A stretch of 64,000 nt of DNA from Zygnema circumcarinatum SAG 698-1b (Eukaryota; Plantae; Zygnematophyceae). A program made the translations under genes and the position numbers. Shown here in pieces: positions 57,500 to 64,000 of the stretch (position 1 is the first letter of the stretch; each line of letters starts with the position of its first letter). The notes under the pieces were generated by a model. That model was not told the origin of the DNA. It saw only the letters and a list, made by a program, of their open reading frames with translations, and made no database searches. The stretch covers positions 2,480,001 through 2,544,000 of the forward strand of contig CM074812.1 in NCBI GenBank assembly GCA_037447605.1. Reading direction: 5' to 3'.

Positions 57500-60218
57500 C
57501 GAGAGAGAGAGAGAGGAACAGAGAGAGAGAAAGAGAGCGCGAGAGACACCTTGAAGTCAGCTCTCTCCTTGGGAGTGGCCGGCAGGGCCCCCCCGTGTTC
57601 CTTCTTCCAGTGCTGCGCTTGGCGGAGGAGGAGGACCGCCCACGGAATGTGGCGGTGCACGGCGAGGTCCGTTGTCTCTATGTCCAACTGGGAGGCGAAC
57701 CTGTGGAACGGAAACGGAAACGGAACGGAACGGAGAGGAACGGAGAGGAGGAAGGGGGCACGGAAGGGCAGGGAACGAGGGGGATGAGATGGGTGGGCTC
57801 GGACGGGGGGATGGATGGAGAATGTGCATGCATGGATGGGTGGTGGGAAGGAGGCACGGGTGCATGGATGGGATAGATGCATGCATGGGTGGATGGATTG
57901 ATGGAGGGATGGACGGCTGGAGAAAGACATGGATGCTATGTATTCATGCATGCATGCATGCATGGATGGATGGAGGGATGGATGGGTACATGGAAAGGGT
58001 ATATGCATGCATTAGTGTATGGGTGGATGAATGTTATGACCGAACAGCGGTAGGTTAATGTAGGGGAACTGAAATCTCTCCCCCTCTCCCTCCCTATCTG
58101 CTCACTTCCTGCCCCCTCCCCCTCCCTCCCTTCCCCAATCNNNNNNNNNNTCCCTCCCTCCCTCTCTCTCACCTTCCACATGCACTCCCTCTCTCTGCGT
58201 TCCGTCCAACTCACTGGAGAAGTTCAGGCCATGGATTGTGCAGACGGAGATCGTCGACCGCATTGTCCGGTTTCGACTCCACCACTCGGTGTTCCTGAAT
58301 GTCATTTATACCCAAAACTTAAACGTAAAAATAAAAAACAAACAGAATAGGCATAAAATCGGAATGTTGGAAGCTACCATTATCATCGTTGTTGAGATCG
58401 AGTCCGAGCACGAAAGGAAGCAAGTTAAATACCCTAACCCTAAACCCTAAACCTAAATTCTAGCCCTTACCTCTAAACCCTAACCCTAACACCAAACCCT
58501 ACACCCTTACCCTAAGCCCTTATCCTAACCTCTCCCTAAACCCTAAGTGAAACTGCGCTTTTTGGCGCTGTTTTAAAATTCCGATAGTTAAGAAAGACCA
58601 ACAAACACAATGTATCAGTTCAAATCAAGCAGGTTGGTGCCGGTGAGACAGAATTCAATATTGACTTTTGCTAATACCAACCCTAAGCCCTAATCCCAAC
58701 CTCTCCCTAAACACTAAACCTTAACTCTAAAACCTTACCCTAACCCTAAACCCTAACCCTGAACCCTAAACCCTTGCAGCCTCACCTCCACGCTGACCCG
58801 AACGAGTCCGATCAATCCGTACGTTCGCGCCACGATTAACATGATTCCATTTTCTCGACAAATTGCGTCGAGCTTCACCAATAAGCGCTCCGGAATCTGC
58901 CAAATGTCAACGATTTTTTTTTTGGTTTTAGGGTTTAGTGTTTTTAGCTCACCCCCTCTCCCTCCCTCTCTCTCTCATTTCCTCTCCCAACCTCTCTCTC
59001 ACCCTCTCCCACTCTGCGTCCCCCCCGCCATCCCTCTGCTTCTCCCTCTCCCACTCCCCCCTTCTCCCCCTCCCTCTCCCTCTCCCCTCTTCTCCCACTC
59101 CTCCCCCCTTCTCCCTCCCCCTCCCTCTCTCCCCTTCCCCCTCCCTCTCCCACTCCCCCCTTCTTCTCCTACTCCCCCTTCTCCCTCTCCCCCCTTCTCC
59201 CGCTCCCCCCTCCTCCCTCTCCCTCTCCCTCTCTCCNNNNNNNNNNAAACCCTGCCCCCTCCCCCCTCCCCCCTCCCCCTTCCCCCTCCCCCTCTAAACC
59301 CTAAACCCTGCCCCCTGGCCCCTACAGTGGAAGTTGTTCCCCTCCCCCCCGCCCCCGCAAAACCCTAAGCCTTAAACCCTACTCCCTAAACCCCTCCCCC
59401 TCCCCCCTGCCCCCCCCGTACCGTGGAAGTTGTTCCCGAGGTCGCGGGGCGCCACGAGGCGGCCGTCGACGGCGGTGGCGGCTTTGACCCCCGCGAGGAG
59501 GAGGTCTTTGAGCGCTTCGGTCCCCGCGGGGCCGCAGTTGAGCACGCACACGGAGGCGGCCTCCAGGGCGGCCTGCCCGTGCTCGCCCCAGATGCTGCCC
59601 GGGGGCAAAAAAAAAAAAAGGGGGGGCAAGAAAGGGGCAAAATAAGGTTAAAATTTGGTTAAGATTTGGTTAAGATTTGGTGAGGAAAAGGGTTGAAATT
59701 GGTTAAAGAAGCCCGGGGGGGGGGGGGGGAGGGAAGGAATTTAGGGTTTTAGGGTTTCTAGGGTTTTTAGGGTTTTAGGGTTTTTAGGGATTTAAGGGTT
59801 CTTAGGGTTTTCACGGACTTAGGGTTTAGGGGTTTAAGGGTTTTCGGGGTTTTAAGGTTTACGGGTATTTAGTGCTTGTAAGGATTGAGGGTTTAGGGAT
59901 TTAGGCTTTATAGGGTTTTAAGGTATGAGGGTATTAGGGATTTTAGGGGAAGGGGGAGATGCTGCAAGTGGGCAGAAAAGAACAAGGTTTTGAAAAATTG
60001 CAAAATAAAAAAAAGGGTTGGGGGTGGAGGAAGGGGGGGTGCTGATTTCTGATTCTGCCCGCGGGCTTCGGCAGGATCAAAAATTTTACAAAAAAAAAAA
60101 AATGTGGGAGGAGAAGGGGGAAAGCCCAAAGGAAGCAAACGGGCAGGAAAGAAAGTTTTGAGGGAGGGCGGCGGGCAGACCGGAGCTGGCGGTCATATTT
60201 TTGGCGATTTTGGGCCAT
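50960..60218 (-). CDS. AXR1: NEDD8/RUB-activating enzyme E1 regulatory subunit (AXR1/APP-BP1)
   Basis: Exons 60218-60181, 59594-59422, 58896-58786, 58294-58215, 57700-57550, 56359-56271, 55652-55579, 53958-53796, 53546-53461, 53056-52976, 51869-51683, 51043-50960. Motifs [54 protein letters not shown]. Expected exons are missing at gaps 59237-59246 and 56895-56904. Confidence 0.95.
58430..58780. repeat. Degenerate (CCCTAAA)n tracts in an AXR1 intron
   Basis: Two blocks of telomere-like units. Confidence 0.75.
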
Positions 60219-60796
60219 TTTTCGGAGAGAGACGCTGCAGGGAGGGGAGGGAGTAGATGAAATTTGGAATTATTTTAAGAATTAAAAAAAAATGTAGGAG
60301 GAATATTGGGAGGAATATAGAAGGATTTAGAATTTAGAAGTAACGTAGGAGGATTATTAGAAGAATTTCAGGAGAAATTTTTAAAAAATTTCGGAGAAAT
60401 TTGGGAGGGTCGGTAAGGGGGGGGTGGGTGGGGTGGGGGAAGAGAGAGCGGATGGGAAGCAGAATTGTAATTTGTTTCGACTTTTGAATTTTTTATTTTT
60501 CATTTTGTTTTCCGTTGCGTTCTATGGGCCAAATTTTCCCGTGACGGTACGGAACCCGTACAGACAAACCATACGGTCTATGTCGGTGGAAAACTATTCG
60601 TACGGGTTTTTTGTCAGAAATTTGGTCGTTTAGTTCCGAACAAAAAGTCGTCTCCGTACAGGCCGAGGTTGAGGTTCCATGGTGTAGTTTGGCGTCGGGA
60701 AAAACGCTTTCCCTTGTAACAGAACAATACGGGCTGCCTACGTGGCCCTGACGTGGCGCTCATGTGGCTTCCACGATAGCCATTTTAATTTCTCTT

Positions 60797-60929
60797 CCAA
60801 TCGCGTAATGCCACGTGGAGATCACGGATCCATCTCCATGCCACGTTGGCGGTAATGGTGCCACGCTGGCAGGAAGCCATCAGCGCCGCAAGAAGTCGCA
60901 GAGCTCGCAGCCAATTGGGGGTAACCACG
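60797..60929 (+). promoter_or_regulatory. Two CCAAT-N9-CCACG elements upstream of AXR1
   Basis: 60797-60815 and 60911-60929, both followed by TGG (full G-box). Confidence 0.5.
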
Positions 60930-61069
60930 TGGCGCCCACGAGGCGAGCGCTGATTGGAGACGTCATTTTCCTCGTGCTTTCTCCATGTTGTTGTTGTTGT
61001 TGAACATCTTCATGTTCATTTCATGCCAAAATTAACAACATCGCGAGACCAACGTCCAATCATGCCAAT

Positions 61070-62924
61070 TCATTCTCGTCCTTTGCAAGACATTGTACCG
61101 AACTCATCGCATGGTTGCAAGTTTCGACCCAAGTTTTTGTGGCGAATGTGCACACAGCCCTTAATATTTTCGACCTCTGAATCCTTCAAAAAAAATTAGG
61201 GTTTTAGTTAATGGGAAGACATTGGGGGGAAGCGAACTCTACCAAATCGACCGACCACCGTGAAATAAAGTGCTTTTATTGGACCTTAAGGATCCCAAAA
61301 CCCTAATTTTTGAAAAAGTGTTAACACTGACGGATGATGGGTTCAAATGATGACCTTAAACAAGCGAAGAATCTCCAAAACCAAAAACAAAAAAATTGAG
61401 AACGACTTAAAAAATGCGAAATCCCTAGCAGTCCTAAAGAAAACCCTAATTTCCTAAAGCCCTAAAACCCTAAAGCCCTGAATCCGCTAAAACCCTAAAA
61501 CCCCTAATACCATAAAGCCCTAAAGCCCCTAAAACCCTAAAAACCTAAAGCCCTAAACCCCTAAAGCCCTAAACCCCTAAAGCCCTAAACCCCTAAACCC
61601 CTAAAACCCCTAAAACCCCTAAAACCCCTAAACCCCTGAACCCCTAAAGCCCTAAAGCCCCTAAAACCCTAAAAACCTAAAGCCCTAAACCCCTAAAGCC
61701 CTAAACCCCTAAAACCCCTAAACCCCCAAAACCCCTAAAACCCCTAAACCCCTAAAAACCCTAAAAACCCTAAAACCCCTAAAACCCCTAAAACCCCTAA
61801 AACCCCTAAACCCCTAAAACCCCTAAAACCCCTAAACCCCTAAACCCCTGAACCCCTAAAGCCCTAAAGCCTCAAACCCCTAAAGCCCTAAACCCCAAAA
61901 GACCTAAAGCCCTAAAGCCCTAAAACCCTAAAGCCCTTAAAACCCTACAATTTACCATTGGCGAATGCACGTTCACAGAGCCTTTTGACCGTAAAGCCGC
62001 CTCGTTGCAAGGGAATGGCCGGAATGAAATTTTCCAAATGATTGAAGCAGGAGGCGTTGTTGGCTTCGCGGCCGAACTTCAAAAACGCTTTGAAGAGGTC
62101 TTTTCTCATCGCTTTCTTAACGAGGGCCTTCCAATGGGAGGGCCAACGGAGGCCATGGCGAGGGGTACCGGACCCCGAGGCGTCACAGATGTCCTGAGGG
62201 AGGGAGGGAGGGAGGGAGGGAGGGAGGGAGGGAGGGAGGGAGGGAGGAGGGAGGAGGAGGGAGGGAGGGAGGGAGGGAGGGAGGAGGAGGGAGGGAGGGA
62301 GGAGGGAGGGAGGAGGGAGGGAGGAGGTGAGGGAGGGAGGGAGGAGGGAGGGAGGGAGTGGAGGGAGGGAGGAGGGAGGGAGGGAGGGAGGGAGGGAGGG
62401 AGGGGAGGGAGGAGAGAGGGAGGGAGGAGGGAGGGAGGGAGGGAGGGAGTGGAGGGAGGGGTGGAGGAGGGAGGGGAGGGAGGGAGGAGGGAGGGAGGGG
62501 AGGGAGGGAGGGAGGGAGGGAGGGGAGGGAGGAGGGAGGGGAGGGAGGGGAGGGAGGGGAGAGAGGGAGGGAGGGAGGGAGGGAGGGAGTGGAGGGAGGG
62601 AGGGAGGGAGGGAGGGGGGGAGGGAAGGAAAAGCACTTAAGAAATAATCCTAAAAGCCCTAAGAACACCGAAAATTTCCCAAAAAGTACTGTCATTCTTA
62701 ACGTTGAAATTTCTCAACATAGTCTCGGAAGGCGGAATTTTTTTCTTCCACAAAAGCAAAGAAATCTCACTTCGGTTTTCTCTTTTAAACTCACCGTCAT
62801 GCCAAAAAATTCCATCGAAATCTCGCTTAGTACAGTTTGATTCCTTTCTCTCACACATGGCCAGCAATAGGCTCCGTCTTGAGCAGAGGGAGAGCCAATA
62901 GGAGCTACTCGTCCAGAGGTGGTC
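61070..62924 (-). CDS. 3' exons of an unidentified protein-coding gene
   Basis: Exons 62193-61956 and 61176-61070 (TGA) are phase-consistent with good splice sites; 62924-62855 is tentative. Peptide DICDASGSGTPRHGLRWPSHWKALVKKAMRKDLFKAFLKFG...KRLCERAFANEVENIKGCVHIRHKNLGRNLQPCDEFGTMSCKGRE*. Confidence 0.55.
61440..61945. repeat. Degenerate telomere-like (CCCCTAAA/CCCTAAAG)n intronic array
   Basis: About 500 bp of 7-9-bp units. Confidence 0.9.
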
Positions 62925-63203
62925 CTGTCAGTACAACATAAGAAGAAAAATATTACAAAAAATAAATAAAGAAGTTGAAACAACGAATAACGAAACATTT
63001 TTCAATATGAAGGCATTTCCTTGATTATGAGGAAAAACATAAGCACTTGAAGAAAACAGTAAAAAGGAAGAAACGGAAATAACTTTTATTAACCTTACCT
63101 TTAGTCTTAAATGGTGCTTGGTCAAATTTCCTTCATCTCTTTCCCTTCCTTCTCTCCTCCCTCCCTCTCTTTCCGCCCGTCCTCACTCCCTCACTCCCTC
63201 GCT

Positions 63204-63247
<44 letters not shown>

Positions 63248-63600
63248 TCACTCTCTCTCTCTACCTTAATCCATTTATATCTCCGCAAAGTTAATACGAA
63301 AACTGAGTATGAATCCGTCGTCCAAATACGAGAAATGAAAGATATGCAGAAAGAGATAGAGAGAGAGAGGGGGGAAAGAAGAGAGAGAGAGATGAGGGGG
63401 AGAGGGAGTGTGAAAGAAGAGAGAGATATGAGGAGAGAGAGATAGGGAGGGAGAAACGATAGAGGGAGAAAAGAGAGAGAGGGAGAGCGAGGGGGAGCGA
63501 GAAGAGAAAGAGAGAGAGAAAAAGTGTTGTTGACTATAAATATGGCTTTCAATTATGGTAAGAATGTCGATATTAAGTTTCGTACGCAATAATAATGTTC

Positions 63601-64000
63601 ATATTGACTCCCATTGACTCATATTGACTTCCATTGACCCATATTGACTTCCATTGACCCATATTGACTTCCATTGACTCATATTGACTTCCATGGACTC
63701 ATATTGACTTCCATGGACTCATACTGACTTCCATTGCTTCGTATTGACCTCCATTGACTCATATTGACTTCCATTGACTCATATTGACTTCCATCGACTC
63801 ATATTGACTTCCATTAACTCATATTGACTTCCATTGACTCATATTGACTTCCATTGACTCATATTGACTTCCATTGACACATATTGACTTCCATTGACTC
63901 ATATTGACTTCCATTGACTCATATTGACTTCCATTGACTCATATTGACTTCCATTGACTCATATTGACTTCCATTGACTCATATTGACTTCCATTGACTC
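63601..64000. repeat. 20-bp minisatellite ATATTGACTTCCATTGACTC (two 10-bp halves), runs off the window end
   Basis: About 20 units. Confidence 0.95.

Noticed and set aside
59328-59341. 14-bp copy of the end of AXR1 exon 2 inside the following intron
   Set aside because: Too short and lacks its own acceptor; no functional inference is possible.
47056-60218. F-box gene next to AXR1 (and PPD nearby) as a functional SCF/neddylation cluster
   Set aside because: Tail-to-tail adjacency alone is no evidence; F-box genes are numerous and no co-regulation is visible.
62005-62640. Plus-strand ORF MQGNGRNEIF...
   Set aside because: Splice signals and the polypyrimidine tract support the antisense exon 62193-61956 instead.
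63264-63301. Candidate upstream exon FVLTLRRYKWIK for the unidentified gene
   Set aside because: Its phase does not fit the next candidate exon in the frame that stays open.

Overview
Eukaryotic nuclear DNA from a plant lineage: plant-type TTTAGGG repeats, spliceosomal introns packed with CT/GA microsatellites, and draft-assembly N gaps. The genome style fits a streptophyte alga or early-diverging land plant, but the species cannot be determined from this window. Nearly all long ORFs in the supplied track are low-complexity intron artefacts. Manual exon stitching gives these genes: 3' part of the O-GlcNAc transferase SEC (+); an orphan last exon of a PhnP-like metallo-beta-lactamase (+); a PEAPOD-like TIFY-family gene (+); a 12-knuckle CCHC protein (-); plastid FabG (+); RPB12 (-); an EID1-like F-box gene (+); AXR1/APP-BP1 (-); and the 3' end of an unidentified gene (-). 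The window also holds Mutator-like and TA-flanked MITEs, two restriction-like-endonuclease LINE fragments and a tRNA-Thr(GGT) fragment. Top candidate for a new system: the PEAPOD-like gene, which has a clear PPD domain, a degenerate ZIM helix, a Jas-like motif with the Jas-type intron, and its own EAR motifs. Second: 11 perfect CCAAT-N9-CCACG (ERSE-type) elements around genes that are not known UPR targets. Third: a one-knuckle exon cassette copied into the intron of a neighbouring gene. All family assignments rest on recalled reference sequences; no database search was run.
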